Positions 1-12,187 of a DNA stretch of 64,000 nucleotides are shown one piece after another. Position numbers and translations under genes: made by a program. The DNA lies in assembly GCA_964016885.1 (NCBI GenBank), contig OZ024740.1, positions 148,242,001 to 148,306,000 of the forward strand, in the 5' to 3' direction. A model generated the notes under the pieces. That model was not told the origin of the DNA. It was given only the letters and a program-made list of their open reading frames with translations, and did not search any database. The stretch's first letter is position 1. Each line of letters begins with the position of its first letter. Source of the stretch: Eledone cirrhosa (Eukaryota).

Positions 1-490
1 GACGAAGATTGATACGTGATATTTCCCCACTGGTTCTATCGAACGTTATCGCTGTATAACCATAAGTACTGACTCGTGGATTTTTATTTTGTACTGCTTT
101 GTTTTGTGTTGCTTGCTGTTAAATTGTTTATACAACCGATTACACTCGCAGATTACTGACATGTTCATTCAAGAAAAGACTGAAAGCGTTCTTTGAGTGA
201 CTGCGTCAATTTACTTTGCTACCAATTATGAGATGTAAACTAGAATGCTAATCTTGCTGAATATTCACATACACACGCTTGCGCTCCCGCATATAGACAC
301 ATAGACACATAGACACATACACACATACACACACACACACTCTCTCTCTCTCTCTCACCCATGAGAATGACGATAACTGAAAAAGATGACAACCAGCAAT
401 GGTAGACAGCTTTACTTCACTTCCATTAACTTGATATATATAAGTATGCATATTTACCCGCAACATACGCTGTCGCGGATTTACGACAAA

Positions 491-670
491 TAATTGTTTC
501 TACTTTAGGCACAAGGCCAGCAATTACCCAGTGCATTACTGGTACTTTATTTTATCGACCCCGTAAGGATGAAAGGCAAAGTCAACCTCGGCGGGATTTG
601 AACTCAGATCGTAAAGGGACGTAACTATGCTGGAAAGCATGGCGTCCGACCCTCTACCGATACTGCAAAT
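491..670 (-). mobile_element. tRNA-derived SINE, family S1 (octopod-type)
   Basis: Reverse complement of the repeat seen about 15 times in the window (GCAGTATCGGTAGAG...GAGTTCAAATCC box B...GGGGTCGATAAAATAAAGTACCAG...GAAACAATTA). Confidence 0.9.
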
Positions 671-765
671 AATGTATTGCTGTTAGGTTTTGTCTTTTGG
701 ATGATTTTACCTCCAATAAATGGCCATAACTAAAGCAATATGTATTAATTATACGCAATACACTG

Positions 766-829
<64 letters not shown>
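766..829. repeat. (CTA)n microsatellite
   Basis: Pure trinucleotide run. Confidence 0.95.
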
Positions 830-861
830 GTAAATATGCATATATATCATATATAGATAGA

Positions 862-1188
862 TAAAATAAAATAAAATAAGTAAGTCAAATATTTAAAATT
901 TGGCTTCGTTTATTAGAGGTGTACTGCTATATATATTTTGGTGACAGCTATCTTTGGCTGTGACCTCTTCAGGCAGTTCGAATTGGTGTGGTAGAGACGG
1001 GTACACATGTTGTTGAGGTGTTTAACTCCGTCAATACTCGGATATGCCCAGTTCCTGGTTGGGTTGTTATTTCTCTGAGGAACTGATTCAATTTTAAATA
1101 TTTGACTTATTTATTTTATTTTACATTACTCCAGAGTAACCAAACCAACCTGCGCATTTCGTCGGTAAACAACCAACATATACTCTAA

Positions 1189-1192
<4 letters not shown>
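862..1192. mobile_element. PLE-derived fold-back insertion with one-sided tail
   Basis: Inverted arms ~862-899 and ~1091-1123, internal HHR on the minus strand, tail 1125-1192 starting ATTACTCC and ending at (TA)n. Confidence 0.7.
923..977 (-). ncRNA. Type I hammerhead ribozyme, probably inactive (G12A)
   Basis: Minus strand: ACTGC-CTGAAGA-GGTCACAGC/GCTGTCACC-AAAA-TATATA-TA-GCAGT. Stem I is 5 bp and loop III is palindromic. Confidence 0.75.
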
Positions 1193-1245
<53 letters not shown>

Positions 1246-1402
1246 TAATGCGTCGATGGAGGTGTGTCCCTCGTTCAAACATATCAACAAAATTATATTT
1301 GTTCTTGTGTAACCTCTGTCTGATTAATACCCGTCAGTCTAAGTTACGATTACATAATAACAATGCGCTGGCATTGCAGAAATGTGCATAATTGAATGAA
1401 GT

Positions 1403-1434
<32 letters not shown>

Positions 1435-1576
1435 CATATATCCAATATATATATGTATCCAATGAATTATATCGTTGAAAATTTTGTATTTTAAACTTTG
1501 CTTCACGACATCTACATACGGATTACATTGAGTTCTTCATACGGTTTAGACCCTACCATTAATTGGTGGATTTATC

Positions 1577-1663
<87 letters not shown>

Positions 1664-1667
<4 letters not shown>

Positions 1668-1895
1668 CGGTTCTCAGACCGGTTGATGCGTTGTGTCCTT
1701 GAGCAAGACACTTTATTTCACGTTGCTCCAGTTTACTCAGCTGTAGAAATGGGTTGCGACTCACTGGTGGCGTGGAGAGGGGTGACTGGTATTTATAGGC
1801 GACTGCTGGTCTTCCACAAAACAACCTTGCCCGAACTTGCGCCTCGGAGGAGAGCTTTCTAGGTGCAAATCCAATTGTCATTCGTGACCCTGGTT
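1664..1895 (+). mobile_element. SINE family S2 (5'-truncated)
   Basis: GTCCTTGAGCAAGACACTTTATTTCACGTTGCTCCAGT core shared with 33630-33895 and 18612-18830. Confidence 0.75.
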
Positions 1896-1997
1896 GGTAT
1901 TTACCCTACCCATACATATATGGAAAAACAGCGCCAGATGACAACATATTATGATAAGAGTATATTAGTACAATGCTTCAATGAATTAATAAAACGA

Positions 1998-2212
1998 ATT
2001 AATGGTTTCTTATATAGGCACAAGGCCATCAATTTTGGGGAAGGGGAAAGTCGATTAAATTGACCCCAGTGCGTGACTGGTACTTTATTTTATCGACCCC
2101 GTAAGGAATAAAGGCAAAATTTATCTCGGCGGGATTTGAACTCAGATCATAAAGGGCCGTAACTCTATGCTGCAAAGCATGGCGTCCCAATCCCTACCGA
2201 TACTTTCAATCC
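1998..2212 (-). mobile_element. SINE S1 (long-tail variant)
   Basis: Homologous to the other S1 copies. Confidence 0.9.
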
Positions 2213-2989
2213 AATAAAACGAATTAATAAAACGTCTTTGTGTTTCGGACGCTGATCCTTCACTCGAAAAGGAAACCCCCAAAGGGAGTTTTTTGTGGGA
2301 GGGTAGGGTCGGGTGCGATAGGTGGGTGGAGTGGGGGTGACAAACAAAAAAGAGAGAAAAAAAAGAAAACGAAAGACGATTATAAATATTGTATAATGTC
2401 AGCTAAGTTAGAAAATTAATTCGGGTGGAAACTTAAAAAAATGCACAATTTAAGAAACTTTCGAAAGGGGAGATAAATAGAGCGAAAATGTTGCTGGTGT
2501 GAAAATACATGTGTGTATGAGTGCGCGTGAATTCATGTGGATGTATGTATGACTGTTGTATGAATTATTTTGTGTTCCCTCAAGCGTAGCATTAATTTCA
2601 AAAGGTTGGTGTGTATGTACATTTAAGTAGACACACACTATACTTCTCACTCTCTCATGATATATCTATCTAAAGAAATATATCTAAATAAAGATAGATA
2701 GATATATATTACTAAGAGTCTGTGATTGCTTGCTTGCTTGTCTATAATGTCTTTAATGGGCGGATAATGGGAAAATACTTTGAAAGGAAGTTGATCCTAA
2801 AATGGGAATACAAATGGAAACAAACAAGTTTTGCGTAAATCGAACCACAGTTTCCCGAGATATGGGGTTTGTCCATGTACTTTTATAAAGAGAGAGAGAG
2901 AGAGGGGATACAGAGAAGTAGGTGATGGTTGTGAGAGAGTAGATTGCGAGAGAAACATAGAGAAGAAGAGACAAAGAAGGAGAATGGGA

Positions 2990-3073
<84 letters not shown>

Positions 3074-3090
3074 GGTGGAGTTGTTGTGTG

Positions 3091-3130
<40 letters not shown>

Positions 3131-3332
3131 AGTGTATGTGTGTCTATGACCAGTGTATATAGATCACAGATACCCACATATATATATACATACACGTATA
3201 TATATGGGCCTTGCAGTTCCATTTCACATTATATACATGTCTGTGTATTTTTTAATTATTTAAAAATTATTTTTAAGTGAACATAATTTTTAAAAAATAT
3301 TTTGAAGGGAACGTGACCGGTAACGGGTGGTC

Positions 3333-3439
<107 letters not shown>

Positions 3440-4131
3440 CTGAGAGTCAGAGAGGTGTGGAGTGAAGGCCGGTTTCGTGTCACTACTAAAGCCTGTAGGC
3501 TTCGACGATGGTGATGTTAAACGCTCAAATAACCCTCTTTCGGTTCGAGGGAGGTAAAACTCATATCTTGGTTGCTACGTTCTACGTGGCGTTCTCTGCG
3601 TTCACTCTCGTCGTTTCATTCACAACGTCGGTCACTGCCGCCCGTAGTGCGGAGAACAGAGAGACCTCTGGTGCGTTCGGACCCGAACTGCCGTTTCCTC
3701 CGCAATATCGGAAGGAGTACTTTCTGCCTGAGGATTGAGCCCCGTGAGGTAAAGTGGATGAAGCAGTGACTAGTGCTGGCCGTTCACGGCAATACCTTCA
3801 CCATATTGTCTTGGAAGTGTAGCTAAATGTCTAGAATCTGCTGCACCTTACCCCAAATCCCTTACTTTCGTATTTATTTGTTTCTGTTCCTTATTTGTTT
3901 CTGTTCCCGTGTGTCACATTACCGCGAGAACATGTGTATGAATATATGACACAACAGTGTGTTGCTTTAGTTTGTGTATAAGCTGCATCTTTTTCTGACT
4001 GGAAATTATGTAAAGTTTTATCTAAGACATTTCAAACTGTATAAAGGATCAGACAGTTTCAAAACTCATGAGGCTAAATTTCGAATACCTACGCACACAC
4101 ATACACACAAACACACACACACGCACATACG

Positions 4132-4201
<70 letters not shown>

Positions 4202-4406
4202 TATGGGTTTACATGAATTAAATGATGTCTATAATTTACCTTTTTAAGGTACGGAGTGCTAATGGTCTTACTAGTCTTTAATTAGTAAGTTAGTACACAC
4301 AACCACACACACACATAAACACACATACAGAGGGGGGGGGGGGGGGTGTGAAAGAAGAGACGTAAAAGGAAAGCGACAGCCATATATATTAATAACATTT
4401 AAATTT

Positions 4407-4509
<103 letters not shown>

Positions 4510-5437
4510 GAAGAAGAAGAAGAAGAAGAAATATATATGCTTTCATTACCACAAGAGTCATGGTTGAGAAGACATTACATAATAATAATAACAATAATTG
4601 GCATCTATATATGAAGAATAAAATTATTCGCGAGTCAGCTGGTATGTCACTTTACTTAATAGCCTATATTAAATTTCATATAATTAAATTATAAGATAGA
4701 TATTTTAGAGGTAATCGCCTATTAATTTGCTGTAGCTTAGTTCTATATTAACTTTTGGATTAAAAAACAGCTTTCTTGCTTTAAAAATGATTTTGATTGT
4801 GAGACCACCAACTAAAATCTCTTCATGTTTATATAATGTCAAGCGGCAGGGAATGTTAACCCTCCTGCTGATTGAGATAGCTTTCTGAATATATTCATCA
4901 GGGAATGTAAGTATGCACACGTACACACACACATATATACATATACATACACACACATATATACATATACATATGTACGTATGGGTTATATCGAACATTG
5001 ATAATAATGTTCGATTCGTTTGTAAACAAACGGCCCAATTTGAAGCTGTGCCGTTCCGGTGACCGATCGTTACCTGTTTGTTCAACACTGGCTTTGAGGA
5101 ATAATCAACATGTTTCTGGGTCATTACCCTTCATTAGGACTGTATACCTTTGCCAGTTGAAAAAATATAGTATTTTATTAAGTACACATCAGCTGAGTAG
5201 CCTCATTTGCATACCGAGCGAGTTAGTGCTGGCTTGCTGAATATTGAAAATAAAATTAGAATATTATTTCTCGTGCATAGCCACCGGCATATCACAATCA
5301 TTGCATAACTGCACCAGTGATTGCGTACGGAACTGATGAAGTTACATGAATAACCATGTAACAGAAATATATATATTGAAATAAGCAATTATGGTGATTT
5401 AATTCCGGCTTAACTACCGTTATTTGATAAATGAATA

Positions 5438-5630
5438 AGGTGATGGATTGGCAGTATCGGTAGAGCGTTAGACACCATGCTTTGCAGCATAGAGTTATGA
5501 CACCTTTACGTTCTGAGTTCAAATCCCGCCGAGGTTAATTTTGCCTTTCATCCTTACGGGGTCGATAAAATAAAGTACCAGTAATTCACTGATAATTGCT
5601 TGCCTTGTGCCAAAAGTAGTAACAATTATT
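5438..5630 (+). mobile_element. SINE S1
   Basis: Box A/box B-like head, S1 body, AATTA tail. Confidence 0.9.
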
Positions 5631-5764
5631 TGATAAATGAATACTTTGTCACTCAATATCACCTATCTGGGATAAACTACTGACGTGTAGTGCTTTGGTT
5701 CGCTAGGTTTTGCTTATAATCAGGAAGTTACTGCGTAGCAACTAAGATAAACAACATTGTGTAC

Positions 5765-5966
5765 AAGAATATAGATACATATATGAAAAGATTGAGGGCT
5801 CCGACGGCAGAGCTCCGGCCGTTTCGACAGCAGATCTAGCTGTCGAAACGGCCGGAGCTCAGCCGTCGAGGTCCTGAATCTTTTCATATTACCCACAATA
5901 CTACACCAAGTATCGAGTATTCTGATGTGTTATGGTCCATCTGATTTTTTACCACACCCTATCTGA
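5765..5966. mobile_element. Family X fold-back element (PLE pLTR end plus tail)
   Basis: Palindrome CGACGGCAGAGCTCCGGCCGTTTCGACAGC/GCTGTCGAAACGGCCGGAGCTCAGCCGTCG. The tail is homologous to copies at 15685, 18922, 53257, 60882 and 63604. Confidence 0.75.
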
Positions 5967-6206
5967 TATATGTATGTATGTTCTTCTGGTTTTATAATTT
6001 CACAAATTTTTTCTCAATAGAGAGAGAGTCGGTATCTAACAAAGACACAAGACTCTCTCATTGGAATTTACACAACATCAACTAGGTAGATTATGTATGC
6101 ATGCATGTGTAGATATGGATGTTATTGTATGTGTGGATGTGAATGTTTTGAGTTGTATGTGTGCATGTGTATATGCTTTGTATCTGTACATGTGTATATG
6201 CAGTTA

Positions 6207-8190
6207 TTAGATGCAACATTTTTGGAATGTTTTACATACTTTTACTGTTCCATTAATGGATTGTACTTGTAATTTCCTAACTAGTTGTGTTCTTTCTGTT
6301 CCTGCGAAGCCTAGCTTCTCAATATTTGTATTGAGGCAGTTACTAACATACCCCAGTGCCCCAATAATCACAGGCATAAATCTGAAGGTGTAATCAGGGT
6401 GGAGTATCAGCAGATTTCTCATCAGTTCTGCATAAATATTCTCCTTTTCGCTAATCTTTGATATTATATTGGCATCTGCTGGGCAGCTAATTTCCACTAC
6501 TATGCATGCTTTCTTCTCCCTGTCCCATATCATAATATCTGGTCTGTTATGCCTGCATTTTATTGGGGTTTTTACTGGAACATTCCACCAGTACTCTTTC
6601 ATATTATGTACATGGATGTCTTCCACATTTCTGTAGCTTTCAATGTGTTTATTATCAGAGCTATCTTTTTTACGAACTGCATTGTACAGTGTTTTGGCCA
6701 CTACATCATGCCTCATAGGTAGATAGTACTGAGATGACATCTTTGGACAGCTGCTGATGACATGTGTGATATCCTCGATGTTAGTTATGCAGAGTCTGCA
6801 CTTGTTATCACATCTAGGTGTTTTGTCTGCATCCCTATCTCTTTTGTGAATCAGGTAGTTCGTGTTAATCTCGTGTTAATCTCCTGCAAAAGCGTATCCT
6901 TCAAAGTGGCAGCCAATATAGCGGTTGTTGGTACAAGATAGACTACTTTCCTTATCTATATTACTCTCACTCTGCATGATTTTTGCTGATAAGCATGCAG
7001 TTTTTCATCCATGGATTCACTGCGATACTGTTGAGCGACTTCCGTGGGTTTGAGTTTTTGGTTATCACACAGGGAATATCTCTCGAGGAGTTCCTTCCCA
7101 ACTCTCATGATCCTATCTGTTTCATGAGATAGACTTGTTCGGGAAACGAGCTTCTACGCTTCGAGGTTCGTAGATGTTGTCGGAGAGATATGATGCGTCA
7201 TTCAAATGTTGTCTGGACTGATGTTAGGCCTCTACCTCCCTGCTTACGTTTCAAGTAAAGGCGGTCTATGTCACTGTTGATGTGGAAGTTTCCGGTGTTG
7301 TTTAGTATTTTTCGAGTTCCAACATCAACTGCTCGGATTTCGTCTATCGTCCAATTGAGTATTCCAAACGTTGGTGTTAGGACAGGCACAGCAAACAGAT
7401 TGTGAGCCACTGTTTTGTTTTGCGCAGAGAGTTCCGATGACCAGATCTTTCTTAATCGGGTGTAGTATTCCCTGGTTACGCGTTCTTTATTACAGATACC
7501 ATATAGGATATGTTCTCATCTATCCGCAGGTATCTGTAGCAGTCCTCATCAGATATCGGTGAAACAGTTAGGCCATTGATGACAATATTGCTAGATTGGG
7601 TTGTTGTTTTTCCCCGCTTTACTGTCATGTATGAGCATTTATCTTGGTCAAACTTCATTCCTATATCCTTTGAGAACGTTGTAACCAGGTCAAGATTTTT
7701 CTTCATCCCATCCATGTTCTTGGCATAGAGTTTCAGATCATCCACAAAGAGATTATGGGTTAGGTTCGTATTTCTGTCCTCGTGTGAGCCAATGATGTAT
7801 CCCTCACATTTCTTGAGCAGAAAGGACAAGGGGTTTAATGACAAGATGAATAATATCACAGAGAGACTGTCCCCCTGAAATATACCCCTGCAATATTTTA
7901 TTTTATCAGTGAAAATAGCGTCCTCCCACTCTGTCTTTTACCTTAGGATAGTAGCCCAAGAAGAAGACAGCCTCTCTATGGCTCTGACAATAATGTCTGG
8001 GACTTTAGCAAGTTGGAGGGCCTCTATCATCCAAGAGTGGGGAACAGAATCGAAAGCTTTCCTGTAGTCCAGCCAGACTGTCGTCATATTCCTCCTAAGT
8101 TGTCGCACCTCCGACATCGCAGTTTTGTTGATTAGGAGTTGTTCAGCACATCCCCAAACCTCTTTCTTTCCACATGTTTGTTGTGGAGGA
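6207..8190 (-). pseudogene. R4/Dong-like non-LTR retrotransposon RT + CCHC knuckle + restriction-like endonuclease, frameshifted and 5'-truncated
   Basis: Motifs WLDYRKAFDSVPHSW, GIFQGDSLS, LFVDDLKLY, KQGGRGL, CRLC..EDITHVISSC, RHD and RPDI..VEISCP..K..Y. Confidence 0.88.
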
Positions 8191-8899
8191 CTTACAATTA
8201 ATAATATTTATCTTATTCTTACGTTCAACAAAGGTCGCTTGTTGGCGAAATTGTTTCGCTGTGAAATAATTTAGCTCTGGGTGCATTTCGTCCCAGTATA
8301 GCTTCATTCTGTTCATATAGCCAATGGAGGGATTGTTTTTTTGCTATTTTATAACAATTAAATAAATCATTATTAAGTTCGCAACTCCAAGAGAAATGCG
8401 ATTTATAATTTCGGTCTCTTCTGTAGCTACAACTGAATAAAGTTTGTTTACCTTTCTTATTGGTTGTCTTCGATACTTCCTTAATTTTATGTATGTATGT
8501 ATGTATAGTGTAGTGGTGTGTATCGTTTAGTTACTGGTGGTTCACCATTTGAGCACTCGATGCTATGTGGATCCGGCTCCCGATGTGGGTTTCTCAGTAA
8601 ATGTTCTTGAAACATTACACAAATCAATTTACGATGTCTTTATTCTGGATGTGTTATTATTTGTATAAGAGCATTCCGCTATCAGGTGATTTTGAGTTGG
8701 AATAAGCTAGTGAGAGACAATATTGCCACAAGTTTTCATTTACGTTTGAAACTATTTTCCATTCCTTATTCTCTTCATACATTTGGATAAAGCATTACCA
8801 CTACATTTTACCAACCCTTACTATACTCAACTCGTCCAAAAAAAATGCTCCCTATTATAAAAATGCAAATCAGTAAAAAAGAAATGTGAGAACAATGGG

Positions 8900-10500
8900 A
8901 ACACTTAGTAGATTATTAAATCTGTGACAGCCAAAGAGATTACATAATGATTACGTAATAAAGGATTACATACTGAACCTCAAAGTTAAAAGTAGCAATG
9001 TTTATGCCTTACAGAAAATCCATAAAAATAAACAAGTATGTAAACTTACCAAAAATCAAAATCGAAATGCGTTGAATTTCTTTCACAACCAAATTTTTGA
9101 CTGAGACACATTATCGCGGGCTCTATTTGTGAAGTACTTTAATTAAGCAGCCATTTAAACATTCTGTTAAAGCCTTTTTCTAAAACATGTACCAAGCTTT
9201 ATTCGCGGTGATCTAGATATGTGCAAACATTTTTTTTTAGGTATGAAGAAAAAGAAATGGAGCCATTTCTTTTCTTCGTGCCTAAAAGAAAATTGCAAAA
9301 CGTTTCTTGATCATTATGTCTTATGAAAAGGGCGGTGGATTGGCAGTATCGGTAGAGGGTCGGACGCCATGCTTTCCAGCATAGTTACGTCCCTTTACGA
9401 TCTGAGTTCAAATCCCGCCGAGGTTGACTTTGCCTTTCATCCTTGCGGGGTCGATAAAATAAAGTACCAGTAATGTACTGGATAATTGCTGGCCTTGTGC
9501 CAAAGGTAGAAACAATTATGTCTTATGAAAAGAAACGGTAGATAAATTAAAAATATAAACACCATAAATACCAATATTCAATTAACAGTGGAATTTGGGA
9601 GGCAAAAAAAATCCATTTTCAGATATTTCTATTAATATGATAAATAGGTTGAAACTATTATAAACCTACATATTCAAAATATAACTTACTATTTATATCC
9701 TGCCATCCAACCAAATATAGAAAAACATGTATTTTTTTAAACTTTGGCAAAAATAATGTGCACAATTTGGTTCATCCTACGATACGAGACTAAGGAGTGG
9801 AAGAACTACAAAATATATCATTCGTCCGAAAAGTCATGTCCAGTGTAGTGAAAACTGAAATAGAACGAACGAAAAGTAAAGATATTTAAAAAGTACCAAC
9901 GAGGAAAAGTACTTTCATTCATATCAACTTACAACTTGTTAAATATTGAAATTTATAATCATTTTAATTAGAATATACAAACTTCGTATAACAAGGAAAT
10001 GAAATAAACATCTTGGAGAAGAAAAAAAGACAACCAACCTATTTGAAAAAAACTACTCACAAGTGTAATAATTTTCAAACAGATTCCCAATCCACGAGTA
10101 ATAAAATGTGGAAGTCCTAATTGCGGAATTTGTGAATGTATGGAGGAAGGCACGGAATTCAGATTCAAAGATGGACAAAACATTAAGCATAAAACAGTTT
10201 CATGTGTACAGCTGGCTAACCTAGCAATGCTTTAACATGCTACGGATGTGAAGGAAATTATATCGGAGTAACTTAGAATCATTTACGCCAGTAGATAACT
10301 GTCTAACGACAACAAATCTGAAATTTAAATACCAGGATGATTCCAGTGACTAAGCATATAGAGAGATGCACTGGAAGAAAATTATTCAACCTCAAAATAT
10401 TCCCAATCTATCAATTCGCAGATAACTTTACCGAACCACAAATACTAAATAAGGAGAAAATGGTAATTAACAAATATAAACCACCTTCAAAGTTTAAGTA
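8900..10500 (+). pseudogene. Highly decayed Penelope-like element RT/GIY-YIG remnant
   Basis: Broken-frame remnants resembling LRxIIAG..C, YKPT..YL..SCH, KCGSPNCGIC and C.GC..YIG.T. Interrupted by a SINE. Confidence 0.65.
9331..9514 (+). mobile_element. Full-length SINE S1 with 18-bp TSD
   Basis: ATTATGTCTTATGAAAAG at 9313-9330 and 9515-9532. Confidence 0.95.
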
Positions 10501-10599
10501 TAATAAATATTCTGCTAGAAATATACGTACCAACACTTACTACCAACCAATTCATATCACATAATTATTGCTAAGATTCTTATTTTTAAATTTACTATT

Positions 10600-11010
10600 G
10601 AATTCTCATAGCTGACATGGAAAAAAATCCAGTCAAGAACTTCAGGAGGGTGCTACACACCCCATAAATGAAGCACAACAGGAACAGCCTTGTTAGGCAA
10701 CAAGTTAACAAATGTACTGGCAGACAGGAAACATTCCCTGCGATGGTGAAAAGACGGAAGCTTGCCTGGTGTGGTCATGTATCTCACCACAACTCTGTCT
10801 AAAACCAGGGCAAAGTTGTGTTAGAGCGAAGAAGAGCGGAAAAGAAAATCCTGGTACGACATCGAAGATTTGACTGATCTCAACACCGAGACCCTTCTGC
10901 GTATGTTGAAGAATAGTGAGCAGAGACGATAGTTGACTGCTAAAACGTCTAAAGTGGTGCCCCAACGACTGGTTTCACCAGTTGTGGGGAAAATAATGAT
11001 GATGATGACT
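10600..11010 (+). mobile_element. RTE-like LINE 3' end remnant
   Basis: KRRKLAWCGHV-like C-terminal motif and a (GAT)n tail. Confidence 0.6.
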
Positions 11011-11205
11011 TATGTGATTAGCTCAGAAGGCGCGCACGCCGGCTAGGTGATATACTGTATTTAATATTTCATATTTTCATAAATTGTGGGAGATCTGGTG
11101 TTTCAGATTAAATATTATTAACTTTAAGCGATACAGTATTGGATATACTTTTTGTATATTGGATATACTTTACTGTATTTATTCTAATTTATTTTATAAC
11201 TATCT

Positions 11206-11287
<82 letters not shown>

Positions 11288-11333
11288 GGAAAAAATGAAA
11301 CGAAATTTCATTTCTCACTCTTAGTACGGCTGT

Positions 11334-11389
11334 TACTTAAATATAAGTATGTATACGTACATACATATATGTATACAGACGTACAGTAG

Positions 11390-11488
<99 letters not shown>

Positions 11489-11580
11489 ACATACCTGCAC
11501 ATATATATATATATGCACGTATGGATTCACGGAACATTTATTATAATCCATACGTACATATATATATATGTGTGTTCATG

Positions 11581-11630
<50 letters not shown>

Positions 11631-11687
11631 CTATTGTAGGTCTGTACACATATATGTATGTACGTATACATACTTATATTTAAGTAT
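11334..11687. repeat. Inverted duplication enclosing (TA)n tracts
   Basis: TACTTAAATATAAGTATGTATACGTACATAC... at 11334 is mirrored by ...GTATGTACGTATACATACTTATATTTAAGTA ending at 11687. Confidence 0.8.
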
Positions 11688-11849
11688 GGCACAAGGCCAG
11701 CAAATTACAGTACATTACTAGTACTTTATTTTATCGACCTGTAAGAATGAAAGGCAAAATTAACCTCGACGGGATTTGAACTCAGACCCTTATAATATCT
11801 GTCTGTATATCTGGTTATCTGCATTACAACATTATGACGTCACTATATA

Positions 11850-11882
<33 letters not shown>

Positions 11883-11961
11883 GTATATATAGTGTGTGTA
11901 TATATATAGTGTGTAACGTTTTTAGAAATATTTACATCTGCGTTCATAGATTGATTTTTTT

Positions 11962-12013
11962 AGTTTCAGAAGATCCCGTTAAAGGGTGAAAGCAGCGATT
12001 CTTTGCTTAAACT
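11962..12013 (+). ncRNA. Family Z HHR variant (CAGAAGA core)
   Basis: AGTTT-CAGAAGA-TCCC..GGGT-GAAA-GCA..TGC-TT-AAACT. Confidence 0.65.
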
Positions 12014-12024
12014 TTAATCTGTTA

Positions 12025-12123
<99 letters not shown>

Positions 12124-12136
12124 AATAACAGATTAA

Positions 12137-12187
12137 AGTTTAAGCAGAGAATCGCTGCTTTCACCCTTAACGGGATCTTCTGAAACT
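12137..12187 (-). ncRNA. Family Z HHR variant
   Basis: AGTTT-CAGAAGA-TCCCGTTAAGGGT-GAAA-GCAG(CGATTCT)CTGC-TT-AAACT. Confidence 0.68.

Noticed and set aside
5765-5890. MITE/DNA-transposon interpretation of the palindromes
   Set aside because: Arm lengths and inversion points vary between copies, tails are one-sided, and larger relatives carry HHRs and GIY-YIG remnants, which fits PLE inversion products better.
9331-9420. tRNA gene
   Set aside because: The box A/B-like head continues into a repeated body with TSDs, so it is a SINE and not a tRNA.
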